Shown piece by piece: positions 54,377 to 64,000 of a stretch of 64,000 bases of DNA (position 1 is the stretch's first letter; each line of letters starts with the position of its first letter). The position numbers were made by a program, and so were the translations under genes. The stretch lies in IMG/VR virus record IMGVR_UViG_3300033069_001366, positions 47,108 through 111,107 of that record, one strand, 5' to 3'. The notes below the pieces were generated by a model. It was not told the DNA's origin. It searched no databases and saw only the letters and a list, made by a program, of their open reading frames with translations. Source of the stretch: a virus (lineage: Duplodnaviria; Heunggongvirae; Uroviricota; Caudoviricetes).

Positions 54377-57136
54377 TTATCCTTTTTTCCTTGTGTTCTC
54401 TTTTGCTATTTTCAATTGAGTATCAGCAACATACTTCTTAGCTTCAGCATCAGCAAGAGCCTTTTCTCTCTGTGCAATAAGTTTTTCTCTTTCAATTTGA
54501 CTCTTTTGAGAAAGCTCATCTTTCTTCATTTGTGCAGAAGTTTGTATGTCTTTTTCTTGTAAAGCTAGTTTTGCCATATTCTCCTGAGAATCAATCATTC
54601 CATTAGCATTGATGTCACTCTGTAAACCACCTGAAGCTCTTATTTGAGCAATCTCAATTTCTTTTTGACGATCAAGTTCTTTTTGTTGATTTTCATTTTG
54701 AATCTTTGCAAGTTCAAGTTCTTGAGCTTGTTGGAATTGCTGCTGTTGTTGTTGCATTTCTGCCTCTTGTTGTTCTCTTTGAATCTTAACTTGCTCAAGT
54801 TCACTTGTCTTAATAAGGTTAAGAATCGTAGGAACAGAATAACTTACAAGTGCTTCAAGTTTTGCTGAAGGAGCTATAGGTAATGTATTTTCTTGAATTA
54901 AGAAATCTGCCATTGTTTTTAATGCAGCCTTTACATTTGCCCTTGATTGTAAATGAATATTGTAATGAGGTAATAAGTTATCCATACCTTCAATTTCAAG
55001 CATGATTGTCTCATCCATATTGTTCATGTACACCTGCCTAGATGACTCTGTAAAGGTTGTATAGTATTGAGCAGCATCAAGCATTCTTTGTCTAACTCTT
55101 TCCATTACATTAGCATGTTGTTCAAAGTATTTCTCTGTTTGTATTTCAGAGTAGTTAATACCTTGATTTACAGAGTATGCTGTCTCTGAAGCCATTGATT
55201 TTCCTTGTCTTTGTCTTGTAATACCAACAATTTCTCCAGCTTCCATTTTAATCTCTTGAGCTAATCTAAAGTATAACTGAGCATCGGATACTGTAGAAAG
55301 TTGAAGTACTTGAGGTATAGCTGGTTGACCCATACCTTCAGCAGTTTCTCTGGATATCGTATAATCAAGAATTAAGGATTGTTCTAACTTATTTTCATAA
55401 GCTTCTATTGGGTCCATTCCATCATTTGAATCCATATTTGTTTGAGACATTCCTCTTCTATCAATAGCTACTTTTAATCCCTTGTCATCTAAAATCTTCT
55501 TAGGGACTTTATTCATAGCAATATTATAAAGTATTTGGAATGGTCTAACTCTATCAATAAGAGAATGAGACACTGCATTTTTCCAGTTAAATACACATCC
55601 TTCTATAGGAGGTAAACTATCAAAAGGATTATCTTTTCCTTTAAATTGGAACTTAACAGGTCCACCATCTATGTATACAGATTTAAAGCTATTTGTAGAG
55701 TGTAGCCAGAATGTATGTTTCATATTTGGAGAGATCTTTATAAGATGTCTCCATTCTGTAGTCCATGTCCAATCTACGTGCTCACCATATATAAGATTAT
55801 CTTTTGTTTCTTTTTTAATAACTGATTTGTCATACTTTGGTTCTACAGTAACTCTATAGTTTTCATCAATCCATTCAGGAGGATGAACTGTACCATCTCT
55901 ATCAATCTTTGTTAACCAACCTATTCTTTTTAATGATCTCCAGTATAACCTCATTACTCTAAACATCTGAGGATAACCTGTTGCAAATCTTCCAAACATT
56001 GGATTTAATATATCCACATCCATATTATGGTCAAAGTTTGGACTTCTCATAAATGAGTAAACCAATTCTTTACCTAATAAAGCATCATTCATTTTAGGAT
56101 CTAAATCTGTTGCTTGTGCCCAATTTTTAGAAGTATCATAGTATGAACCCTGAAATGCTTTTTGTGAATCAGGTACAATTATATTTGCTGTTTTTACATA
56201 TATATCTTTAAGTTTAATCAAGTCTTCTTCATCCATTCTTCTACCAAACTTATTTACAATATCACCAACAGACATAAAATCAAACCATAAAAAGTAGTCT
56301 CCTTCAGATACATACTTTACGTTTGGACCTTTATGATAATCACACCACTTTGGATTAAGTAACTCTAGTTTAAAATCATCATCTAATAAATCAAGATGCC
56401 AAAACTCAGAATCTGATATAAGTCCAGTTTCAAAAGCATCTGGTTCAAGCTCATGAAGTTTGTATCTTTTCTCTTGTACTTTTATTACTTTCTCTGCCCA
56501 TTTAACACCTGTTGTTCTAAATGTTTTAGATTTAAGTTCAATCTCTTGTAAGTTTTGATAGAACTTCTGAATCTCCATTTCATATTGTTGAGGATCAACT
56601 TCTGGAGATAATCCCATCTCAGCAAGAGTTTGCTGCTTCTGAAGCAAAGCTATTTGAGTGATAGCCTGTGAAAATTCTTCTTGTTTATTATTAAATACTT
56701 CATCAACAGATAATTGATCTATAGCTTCTACAGTAAAAGTATTATCTCTTTTTATAAATTCACCACGAAGGATATCTATAAGATTTGGAGCAATAGGATA
56801 AAATTGTTGAAGAGGAGATTCCCTTTCAGGTTCAGGTAAAACCATACCCACAACTTGGTGATATGGATTTACATTAGGGTCTATAATATAATCAGTGGGA
56901 GTTATTTTCCCAGTTCTCATATCAAAATTTCTTTGTATTTTAGCGGCTTTTTTCTCTACATTTCTCCATCCCACAACTTCGTAAAAGTCACCAACAGCTT
57001 TAATCCAATCAATTGTCTTTTCTTCCATTGTTAACATTTGGAAGGGTAGTATATCATGAATTGCTGTTCCGAGTAATTTATTTGGTTCAAGCTTAAATCC
57101 TTTGTAAAGGTCAGCTCCCCATATTAACTTTGCCAT
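54377..57136 (-). CDS. Portal protein candidate (919 aa).
   Basis: Immediately downstream of the large terminase. Portal-like size, with a Gln-rich coiled-coil C-terminus (QQEAEMQQQQQQFQQAQELE). Confidence 0.55.
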   Translation of the reverse strand: MAKLIWGADLYKGFKLEPNKLLGTAIHDILPFQMLTMEEKTIDWIKAVGDFYEVVGWRNVEKKAAKIQRNFDMRTGKITPTDYIIDPNVNPYHQVVGMVLPEPERESPLQQFYPIAPNLIDILRGEFIKRDNTFTVEAIDQLSVDEVFNNKQEEFSQAITQIALLQKQQTLAEMGLSPEVDPQQYEMEIQKFYQNLQEIELKSKTFRTTGVKWAEKVIKVQEKRYKLHELEPDAFETGLISDSEFWHLDLLDDDFKLELLNPKWCDYHKGPNVKYVSEGDYFLWFDFMSVGDIVNKFGRRMDEEDLIKLKDIYVKTANIIVPDSQKAFQGSYYDTSKNWAQATDLDPKMNDALLGKELVYSFMRSPNFDHNMDVDILNPMFGRFATGYPQMFRVMRLYWRSLKRIGWLTKIDRDGTVHPPEWIDENYRVTVEPKYDKSVIKKETKDNLIYGEHVDWTWTTEWRHLIKISPNMKHTFWLHSTNSFKSVYIDGGPVKFQFKGKDNPFDSLPPIEGCVFNWKNAVSHSLIDRVRPFQILYNIAMNKVPKKILDDKGLKVAIDRRGMSQTNMDSNDGMDPIEAYENKLEQSLILDYTISRETAEGMGQPAIPQVLQLSTVSDAQLYFRLAQEIKMEAGEIVGITRQRQGKSMASETAYSVNQGINYSEIQTEKYFEQHANVMERVRQRMLDAAQYYTTFTESSRQVYMNNMDETIMLEIEGMDNLLPHYNIHLQSRANVKAALKTMADFLIQENTLPIAPSAKLEALVSYSVPTILNLIKTSELEQVKIQREQQEAEMQQQQQQFQQAQELELAKIQNENQQKELDRQKEIEIAQIRASGGLQSDINANGMIDSQENMAKLALQEKDIQTSAQMKKDELSQKSQIEREKLIAQREKALADAEAKKYVADTQLKIAKENTRKKG

Positions 57137-57139
57137 ATT

Positions 57140-59356
57140 TTATAGTAATGATTTATATCCTCTGTTATTTCCTCCTAACATATTAATAACAGGTTTCTTT
57201 TGAATCCCTTGTTTCTTTTCTGGTTTCTTAGTCTCATCTCTTCTTTTTACAAATCTATTTTGTTGATATGTTTTACAGATAAAGAGTGCTCCCATAAATG
57301 ATACAAGTCGGTCATAGTTACCCTTTCCTTCTACAAAAAGACAGAACTCCTCAAGTAACCAGTAGTCATCTATACGGTCTATTCCTGTAAATAATTTCAG
57401 AGTTTCTTCAAGTCCATCTTTTTCAAAAGTTTGTCTTCCGTACTCTGTAGCAAAATACTCTTTTGCTGTACTCTTAAAATACTTCCAAATTTCCGTATTA
57501 TCACCTTTATGAAAACCAAATTTTGAATTATTAGCTATATTGCCATTTTTTATATTCATGTCCTTAAATAAAGGTACATCTGATTCTTTTGCAAGGTAAC
57601 TTTCAGCTCTACCCATCTTTCTCATGTAGTTAATAAAGTTTGGTTTATTACGTTCTGCATATGTCCATGCATTGAAAACTTTAATACCATACCACATTTG
57701 TTCATTTGTTTGCTCCGCTGTTTTAAATCTACCTCTATATGTAGCGACAAGTTTGTCACCTTCTATTCTTTGCCTTTTTACTCCTTTTTCATCTGTATAG
57801 TCTACAAAAATAGGAGCCATATAAATATCTATAGAGGCTACAGATTCTGAAGTTTCTGTTTCATCTACTTCTACTGAGTCCACACAAGCAAAGAATAAAT
57901 ACTTCTCTGGTATAGTCTCAGGAATAGGCATATATAATGTCCAACAACCTCTTTTATCTTCCCAATCTGGTTTAATAGGATATGCATGTTCTGGACCATG
58001 ATTTTTATCAAGTACTATTCTACCTGTACTGTCTTCTTTAAATAATCCTTTTAATGGTTTAAATTCCCATAAATTATTCTTTTCCTTATGTAAGATAATC
58101 TCCTGTTGTCTTCTTAACTTATCAATAGGGAACTCAGAATGACTTCTTTCTGCAAAAGCTTGTTTTGGAGATAAAGGTTTTTGAGATACATCAAGTTGAG
58201 CTAAGTCCTTTCTTTTATTTTTCTTATTCTTTTCATTATGTTCTATGATAAAAGCTGTAGCACTTTCAACATCAGAATTACCATCTTTATCCATGAAACC
58301 TTCTGCGTTATATGCTTCAGATACAAATAGCCCACATTGTTGTCCTTTATTCTCATCTTCATCCCAGACATTCTCTACTGATAGAAAGTTATGTTTGTCT
58401 GGATTATAGAATATTTCCTTTAAATCTTGAGCATCATCAAGCTCACCTACTGCACCTGATACAATAATTAAACCAGTTATAGTATTACCTCTTTCAAGAG
58501 CTGGTCTTACATAACCAACTGTTTTTAATAGTGTTGGAGCAATACCTGCTTCCTCATAGAAGAATATAGTTTGAGAACCACCAACCCCATTTTCTGGAGA
58601 TACTTTAAATGTTGTTCCTGATAACTTACTATCTAATCCATATGGTTTTCCTTCATCTGTCATTGTAGATTCTTCCCAATGTAAAGATTTAGGAATAACA
58701 GGACCCCTTATCCATCTTGTATAACTGTTGATATGCTTTCTATAGAAGTCAAGGAATCTCCATGATTTTGTTACATATTCTTCTTTGTAAGCACCTACTG
58801 TATTTACACTGATTTCAAACCAACAATAGCTCCAGTATAATAGAGCCATTATTTTAAGAGAGTAACCTCTTTGTCTTGCTTTTACAACAACTGCATGTTT
58901 ACCAAGAAGCATGCATAACATGATATATTGGAAAAACCAAAAGTCACTATCCCATACGTCTCCAAATTTCTTTTTCTTCTTAACAGCATCTACAATAGGA
59001 CAAAAGTTAAGATACCAAGAATAGAATCCAGGAATATACCAACCATCTACTATATAACCATTAAGAACTTTTTGTTTTTCTTGCTGGAAGAATATTTTTT
59101 CCTTATATGAATCTTTTGGATATTCGACATATCTACCTCCTTCAAAATTAGGTCTTCCTGTTTTTGATTGAGATTTGGCATATGCATTTCCTGCATCTTG
59201 CCATCGTTCTGTATTTTTTAAATTGTATTGTCCAGGTCTTTTAAATTGAGCTTTTATATAGTCAATATGTTCCTGTTTTGTTTCAAATACCTTTTCATAT
59301 TCGGCATTTGTAGTTGTATCAATACATTTTACAATTAAAGGATAATCCCATAGCAT
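57140..59356 (-). CDS. terL: Terminase large subunit (738 aa).
   Basis: N-terminal ATPase with a deviant Walker A (VVVKARQRGYS) and Walker B (TIFFYEEAG). C-terminal RNase-H-like nuclease segment FFACVDSVEVDETE...IDIY. It is adjacent to the portal-sized gene. Confidence 0.65.
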   Translation of the reverse strand: MLWDYPLIVKCIDTTTNAEYEKVFETKQEHIDYIKAQFKRPGQYNLKNTERWQDAGNAYAKSQSKTGRPNFEGGRYVEYPKDSYKEKIFFQQEKQKVLNGYIVDGWYIPGFYSWYLNFCPIVDAVKKKKKFGDVWDSDFWFFQYIMLCMLLGKHAVVVKARQRGYSLKIMALLYWSYCWFEISVNTVGAYKEEYVTKSWRFLDFYRKHINSYTRWIRGPVIPKSLHWEESTMTDEGKPYGLDSKLSGTTFKVSPENGVGGSQTIFFYEEAGIAPTLLKTVGYVRPALERGNTITGLIIVSGAVGELDDAQDLKEIFYNPDKHNFLSVENVWDEDENKGQQCGLFVSEAYNAEGFMDKDGNSDVESATAFIIEHNEKNKKNKRKDLAQLDVSQKPLSPKQAFAERSHSEFPIDKLRRQQEIILHKEKNNLWEFKPLKGLFKEDSTGRIVLDKNHGPEHAYPIKPDWEDKRGCWTLYMPIPETIPEKYLFFACVDSVEVDETETSESVASIDIYMAPIFVDYTDEKGVKRQRIEGDKLVATYRGRFKTAEQTNEQMWYGIKVFNAWTYAERNKPNFINYMRKMGRAESYLAKESDVPLFKDMNIKNGNIANNSKFGFHKGDNTEIWKYFKSTAKEYFATEYGRQTFEKDGLEETLKLFTGIDRIDDYWLLEEFCLFVEGKGNYDRLVSFMGALFICKTYQQNRFVKRRDETKKPEKKQGIQKKPVINMLGGNNRGYKSLL

Positions 59357-59358
59357 AA

Positions 59359-59889
59359 TTAATAATCTCCAATTTCAGCCTTACCTCTACCTTTTACTCT
59401 AAGTTCTTCTTCGGCTGCTAACTTTGTTTTATTGTAGGAGTTTGTTAGAGCACCTGCCTCTTTAAGAATTCTAAACCTCTCTGTTAAATCACCGTCTTTA
59501 CCTGCAGAAATAGCATTATCTTTTAAATAATTCCTTAATCTATGAAGTTCCTGTTCAATCTCTAAAAAGAACAAAGTTAGAGCTGAACTATTCATTTGCT
59601 CTAACTTATTTAATGCAGGTTCTAAAAGAGGTTCATCAATATCAAAATCACCCATTGTGGTAATTACATCAAAAATCACAAGTTCTTTCTTCTCGGAGTC
59701 TTGATAGTTTCTATAAGGTGATGAGATTGATTTCATCAAATGTACATATCCTATATAAGGAATAGCACCTGATTCACCATATTTATCTACTATAGCCTTT
59801 ATTTCAGGAATAAACATTGATTCAGGAGTAAGGAAAACTCTTCCTTCCTCATAAATAAATATTTTAGGTGTAATAGATACGTCACTCAT
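59359..59889 (-). CDS. Possible terminase small subunit (176 aa).
   Basis: Called by position only: it is immediately upstream of terL and overlaps by 1 codon. Confidence 0.3.
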   Translation of the reverse strand: MSDVSITPKIFIYEEGRVFLTPESMFIPEIKAIVDKYGESGAIPYIGYVHLMKSISSPYRNYQDSEKKELVIFDVITTMGDFDIDEPLLEPALNKLEQMNSSALTLFFLEIEQELHRLRNYLKDNAISAGKDGDLTERFRILKEAGALTNSYNKTKLAAEEELRVKGRGKAEIGDY

Positions 59890-60668
59890 TTTAATGTTTT
59901 TAGTATTGCTTCAACTTCCTTTTTTAAGTAAGGTAGCTTTATTTTTTGTTCGGATACAACAATTGGTTTCCCATTTTTTAAAACAGGTCTATCATCCTCA
60001 TCTCTAAGTAAAGACTTATGTTCTATAATAAGGTCTCCTGTCATAAACCTTCCTCTGTTTGCTTTCCAGAGCATGTACATATACATGCTCATTTTTATAG
60101 CATATTGATTTCCATTACAGTCATCGAGATGAGATAATGGAGGTTCAAGCTTTCTAGGTTTTACCCAATCATTTGAAAAAGCTTTAAATTTTATTTCTTT
60201 ATCTGTTTTATAATCCCAGATATGTATTCTATTATTAGTTACAATGACCTTATCACTTTGTCCACATACCATGTGTTCAGTATCATAGATCATGAGTTCT
60301 GGATATATTGTATTATTTTCCAGATTGTTTATAGGGATAGACCATTTTGCACCGTCTCTAAAATCACATGTCTTTCTTTTACAAGAGACATTGTAGAATT
60401 TTTCATCTGAGTTAATAACCTTCTCTTCCTCTATAAAGTGAAGGATCTTACCAACATGTGTTGACCAATCTCCTTTTTCTTTCCACATAGCTTGAACTTG
60501 AGCACCTGTCATTGGAGTACCTGCCTTTGTCATCTTTTTTGCATACTTATTTGCAATCTCTTTCCAATCAACAAATGGTTCAAATTTCTTGTATAGCTTT
60601 GATACGGATATTAGCTCTCTATCGTCTTCTGTAAAATACCTATGGCTATCTTCTATAAATTTAATCAT
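59886..60668 (-). CDS. PD-(D/E)XK family nuclease (RecB/lambda-exonuclease-like) (260 aa).
   Basis: GQSD, followed by IHIWDYK ((D/E)xK) and NQYAIKMSMY (QxxxY-like), in the canonical order. Confidence 0.45.
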   Translation of the reverse strand: MIKFIEDSHRYFTEDDRELISVSKLYKKFEPFVDWKEIANKYAKKMTKAGTPMTGAQVQAMWKEKGDWSTHVGKILHFIEEEKVINSDEKFYNVSCKRKTCDFRDGAKWSIPINNLENNTIYPELMIYDTEHMVCGQSDKVIVTNNRIHIWDYKTDKEIKFKAFSNDWVKPRKLEPPLSHLDDCNGNQYAIKMSMYMYMLWKANRGRFMTGDLIIEHKSLLRDEDDRPVLKNGKPIVVSEQKIKLPYLKKEVEAILKTLK

Positions 60669-60967
60669 TTCTGTACGAATGCTTTAAATGACAGAGTCAG
60701 GTTTTCTTTATCATCATACAATACCTGTATTGTCTTTTTGTTTATACCTGTAGAACCAGGTGTAAATTCTACACTTATTAGGGCTGATTCATTAGGTGCA
60801 ATATCAGTTTTATTAATAGATGCTTTTGTACAAGAACCACACCCTTTAATAAGTTTTGTAACTTTAATATTCTGATCTGAATTGTTTTTAACCTTATATT
60901 GGAAATTGTGAGGTTTTCCAAAAGAAAGGTTACCTAAATCTATATCTGCTTCATTAACCACTAACAT
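60665..60967 (-). CDS. DUF1573-like beta-sandwich protein (100 aa).
   Basis: GxxSFG...F.F.N.....I.V....CGSCT pattern resembling DUF1573 proteins of Bacteroidetes. Confidence 0.35.
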   Translation of the reverse strand: MLVVNEADIDLGNLSFGKPHNFQYKVKNNSDQNIKVTKLIKGCGSCTKASINKTDIAPNESALISVEFTPGSTGINKKTIQVLYDDKENLTLSFKAFVQK

Positions 60968-61325
60968 CTGTAAATAATTTTATTTGGTTATCTAATTTAA
61001 ATTTCTCCCAAGTTTCTTGATCCATCATAGGTAAATAGCAAGGAAAATCCCCAACATCTTCTGCAGAACACCCTCTATCTTCCATAGTCTTACCAAGTAT
61101 ATCACAGCCACAAACAATACAATAACCTGATTCCCAACATCTTGGCTCAAGATCCATAACTTTTAGTCTTCGCCATATAATCTGTTCTCTTATATGATAA
61201 GGTATATTGGTCTTCGATCTTTTAAAAGCTTGAAAAACAGCTTTTAGGTTAGCGAAACTTAGTTTAGCTTTCTTCTTTACTTTTATCTTCCCTGTTAGAA
61301 GATTGTATATTTGCTTTATACTCAT
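60954..61325 (-). CDS. Hypothetical protein (123 aa) with a Cys cluster.
   Basis: ORF; CIVCGCD motif. Confidence 0.4.
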   Translation of the reverse strand: MSIKQIYNLLTGKIKVKKKAKLSFANLKAVFQAFKRSKTNIPYHIREQIIWRRLKVMDLEPRCWESGYCIVCGCDILGKTMEDRGCSAEDVGDFPCYLPMMDQETWEKFKLDNQIKLFTDVSG

Positions 61326-61680
61326 TTCTTAAACCTTTGATTAATTTCCTTTTCTCTACGTATTTTTCGTAGTCTTTTAATCTATCTCTAAATATTTTCA
61401 TTATCTCTGGGATTTCTTCTCCATCCACACCAATAGATTGTCCCCAATCAGGACTATGAAACTCCTCGTATAGTGCAATTTTTATTTTCAGTCTTTTCAT
61501 TCTTAAGAACCAAGAACCTACACCTCGAAGCCTAATAATCAGATTCTTAGGTTTTTTCATTTCCTCTGCAGTTTTTGCAAATAAGAAATTACATAAGTCC
61601 TTGTATATCTGCTCATTAACTCCTGTTCTCCAAGATGTAAGTTTTACCAATTCTTTATAATCACTCTGCATGACTAACAA
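61264..61680 (-). CDS. Hypothetical protein (138 aa).
   Basis: ORF. It overlaps its neighbour by 62 nt, so the true start may be internal. Confidence 0.4.
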   Translation of the reverse strand: MLVMQSDYKELVKLTSWRTGVNEQIYKDLCNFLFAKTAEEMKKPKNLIIRLRGVGSWFLRMKRLKIKIALYEEFHSPDWGQSIGVDGEEIPEIMKIFRDRLKDYEKYVEKRKLIKGLRNEYKANIQSSNREDKSKEES

Positions 61681-62029
61681 TATAATTTACAACAAGTCTA
61701 TCACATTCAAGTTTTGGGATAAAATCTTCCCTTAAAAAGAGAGTACAATTCTTAGGTTTTTGAAGGACTCCTTTTGTAACATATTTGGAAATAGTATTCC
61801 TTAGAGACTGATCACTTTTTCTCAATCTCTTTGAAATACAGTTCTTAATGAATTCAGCTTGTTCATCAGCATTTTTATAACCTCCTGATTTATAGACTTC
61901 TAAGATTATATCTATATCACTTTCAATTGGTTTTATATTGTTCTGAAGTAACTTTAAATAAAGCTGAAGTCTAAGAACATCATCCATATTCCCCAACAAG
62001 ACTTTATCTTGCAAACTTTTAACTCTCAT
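61661..62029 (-). CDS. Hypothetical protein (122 aa).
   Basis: ORF. Confidence 0.4.
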   Translation of the reverse strand: MRVKSLQDKVLLGNMDDVLRLQLYLKLLQNNIKPIESDIDIILEVYKSGGYKNADEQAEFIKNCISKRLRKSDQSLRNTISKYVTKGVLQKPKNCTLFLREDFIPKLECDRLVVNYIVSHAE

Positions 62030-62073
62030 TGTTATAATATAATGAAAAAAAATAACTTAACAAAATAAATTTA

Positions 62074-62430
62074 TTAAGTTATTCTTTTACTGTTCTCAAC
62101 TCTATTTTCTAAAACTACACAAATATCCCTTAGTGTCATGAGAGGAGTGCCCTGATCACTAATAGCTTTTTCATCCCATCTAATACCTTCTTGTCCTCTT
62201 AGGACAAATTCTTGATGCCACTCATGAGCATAAACAGCAGAGATAGAGAGGATTCTTGAAATCAAATCCTCTCTATATTTACTTTGCCAATCTTTGTCAT
62301 AGTCGCTTTCTAAGAATATTTTAACTTTAGGGTCATGGTCAACATATGTAAACTGCCTGGATTGCCCATCTACATCTGTATATGCACCACCATGATTTCC
62401 TACATAATCACTTTTCTTATCTACAGCCAT
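62074..62430 (-). CDS. Hypothetical protein (118 aa).
   Basis: ORF. Confidence 0.4.
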   Translation of the reverse strand: MAVDKKSDYVGNHGGAYTDVDGQSRQFTYVDHDPKVKIFLESDYDKDWQSKYREDLISRILSISAVYAHEWHQEFVLRGQEGIRWDEKAISDQGTPLMTLRDICVVLENRVENSKRIT

Positions 62431-62436
62431 AACTTA

Positions 62437-62712
62437 TTAATTTATAGTTTCTTGAAGTTCTTTTTCTTTTTCAGCTAATTCTTCCTGAAGCTTTTTCATT
62501 TGTTCAATTTCAGCTTCTCTTTTAATTCTCATTCTTTCTTGCAGTTCTTTATAGGGAGCCTCAAGCTTTTCTGCTTCTAAAGAATAATACATTTTTTCAT
62601 AATATGCTTTCCAGCTTCTTGCTGAAAGTTCTTGCTCAATAACTTGAGCTTTCATCATTTCTCTGCTATCATCTAGCATTTTTTTAACATTCTTTTGCAT
62701 TAGTAGTTCCAA
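62437..62712 (-). CDS. Small coiled-coil protein (91 aa).
   Basis: ORF, highly charged and helical. Confidence 0.4.
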   Translation of the reverse strand: MELLMQKNVKKMLDDSREMMKAQVIEQELSARSWKAYYEKMYYSLEAEKLEAPYKELQERMRIKREAEIEQMKKLQEELAEKEKELQETIN

Positions 62713-63212
62713 TTTTTGTTTTTAGGATTCTCCCATTCAAAAATGAGTCCTCCTTGGTTTATAAAATTAAATTTCTCAACGTAGTAATCAGGTATAAAAA
62801 TAGAGTCATCCTGCACATATAACGAGGCAAATCTACAGTCAGCTTTATACTTAATGAGATTTTTAACCCTTGTAAAGTTTTTACCTCTTAATGTACCTGA
62901 GTCTATAAAAAGGTATTTATATTCAGGGTCTATGTATTTAGTTACCCATTCTGACAAATACCTATCAAAGTCTTTATACTCTAAGTTATACCTATCAAAT
63001 ATCTGGTTTGATACTGGATATGGCATCTCAAGAAGGATTTCTTCAAATAAGTCTGCAGAAGATAATGAGTGATTCAAAATCTGGCAAACTATAGATGAAT
63101 AATCAGGTGAACAATTGACAAATATTGTCTTGTTATCTACCCAATTATCAAGCTCTATCTTTTCCTTCAGGATCAGTATGTCCTGTATCTCCTTCTTGAA
63201 CTTTACTAGCAT
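62700..63212 (-). CDS. Hypothetical protein (170 aa).
   Basis: ORF with a YLFIDSGTLRGKN segment of unknown significance. Confidence 0.4.
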   Translation of the reverse strand: MLVKFKKEIQDILILKEKIELDNWVDNKTIFVNCSPDYSSIVCQILNHSLSSADLFEEILLEMPYPVSNQIFDRYNLEYKDFDRYLSEWVTKYIDPEYKYLFIDSGTLRGKNFTRVKNLIKYKADCRFASLYVQDDSIFIPDYYVEKFNFINQGGLIFEWENPKNKNWNY

Positions 63213-63597
63213 CCATTACAGGTTTTGTTAGATCAATCATAAATAACTGAGGTCTTTCTGGTTTTGGTAACCTCTCTCTAAATTCATCTAATTTCTTTAA
63301 AAATTTTTCTTTTGATAAAGGTGATATAAATGTACCACATTGATCAAAAACAACTAAACAACATTCAAACTTTCCAAGCAGAGCTTTTTTATAAGATTCC
63401 TCTGTTAGATTCCATCTATCTCTTATAAAGAGAAAATCCCAATGAGGAACCATTGCTTCTCCAATAAGAATCTCAGGGTCTTCCTCTTGTACCTTGATAC
63501 CAAGACTTTGAGTAAGCTCATCCCTTTCATCCTCTTTATCAGGATCAATCATTATTACTGGAAATGTAAATAGTTCCTCTGTTTTAACAATATTCAT
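63148..63597 (-). CDS. Hypothetical acidic protein (149 aa).
   Basis: ORF. It overlaps the downstream gene by 65 nt, so the start is uncertain. Confidence 0.4.
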   Translation of the reverse strand: MNIVKTEELFTFPVIMIDPDKEDERDELTQSLGIKVQEEDPEILIGEAMVPHWDFLFIRDRWNLTEESYKKALLGKFECCLVVFDQCGTFISPLSKEKFLKKLDEFRERLPKPERPQLFMIDLTKPVMDASKVQEGDTGHTDPEGKDRA

Positions 63598-64000
63598 ATT
63601 CTAAGGTTTAATAATTTTTCCCGATTTTCATCAAAATAAGACCAATCATCTATAGCTCTCTGATAATCAAGTTTATGCAAAGTTACAATAGGATTTTCAT
63701 TTTTCCTAATAATTCCTACTCCCCAATCTGTATTATGAGTAAAATAAGAATATGAACCATCCTGATATTCCATTTGAAACTTCAAAACTGCTTTATAAGT
63801 ATCTCCTGTCCAGCAACCATCTATACCTGTAGTAGTATGTTCATATAAAGGAGGGTTACAGTCATGGAGTACTATAGTACCACCTTTATTAAGTACAGTA
63901 ATAGAGTTCTGGATATCTCTGTATACTTGTTCAGCAGTATGAAGACCATCTATAAAAACTATATCAAAAGTCTTCTTATTCTTACTAAAGAACTCATCAG
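63594..64000 (-). CDS. Class I SAM-dependent methyltransferase (O-methyltransferase family-3 or CmcI-like), partial; the N-terminus is beyond the window end.
   Basis: The listed 63-aa ORF extends upstream in frame to the window edge. Translation: ...KKTFDIVFIDGLHTAEQVYRDIQNSITVLNKGGTIVLHDCNPP..., matching the FD(F/I)VF(I/V)DG-H...L..GG.I..HD core of this MTase family. Confidence 0.5.
   Translation of the reverse strand, partial: DEFFSKNKKTFDIVFIDGLHTAEQVYRDIQNSITVLNKGGTIVLHDCNPPLYEHTTTGIDGCWTGDTYKAVLKFQMEYQDGSYSYFTHNTDWGVGIIRKNENPIVTLHKLDYQRAIDDWSYFDENREKLLNLRI

Noticed and set aside
62700-63212. YLFIDSGTLRGKN segment as a phosphoribosyltransferase motif.
   Set aside because: It matches the PRTase D-D-x-x-T-G-x-T signature only partially, and there is no supporting context.

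Overview
The window is AT-rich (about 30% GC), and every supportable gene lies on the minus strand. I read it as a large part of a crAss-like podophage genome, probably from a Bacteroidetes host. This reading is inferred from motifs and gene order, since no database search was possible. On the minus strand, the order is as follows. Small early or replication-associated genes come first: a partial class-I SAM methyltransferase, a PD-(D/E)XK nuclease, a DUF1573-like protein and a possible TerS. The packaging and capsid module follows: a large terminase with a deviant Walker A motif, a roughly 919-aa portal candidate, an acidic scaffold-like protein and a 564-aa major-capsid candidate. After these comes a 737-aa Ala/Thr/Val-rich structural protein that ends at a strong rho-independent terminator. 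A tail-fibre module with Cys-rich N-termini is next, followed by a beta-helix tailspike with a Ser/Thr-rich linker. The tRNA array holds 23 tRNA or tRNA-like genes in four clusters, interleaved with three HNH genes, one GIY-YIG homing endonuclease and a DEDDy 3'-5' exonuclease. A block of very large virion proteins follows (1534, 878, 1954, 556 and 898 aa), and the 1954-aa protein has a C-terminal lysozyme-like domain. Last is a 4528-aa giant ORF that carries a DFDID motif typical of the beta-prime-like double-psi beta-barrel of crAss-like virion-packaged RNA polymerases, plus an HExxH motif. Notable oddities are: (1) a roughly 85-bp near-identical DNA repeat shared by two adjacent giant virion genes; (2) a Pro(UGG)-like tRNA interrupted by about 70 nt and overlapped by an HNH ORF; (3) a class-I tRNA with a UAA anticodon; and (4) a 560-nt non-coding leader upstream of the tailspike with crossing complementarity.
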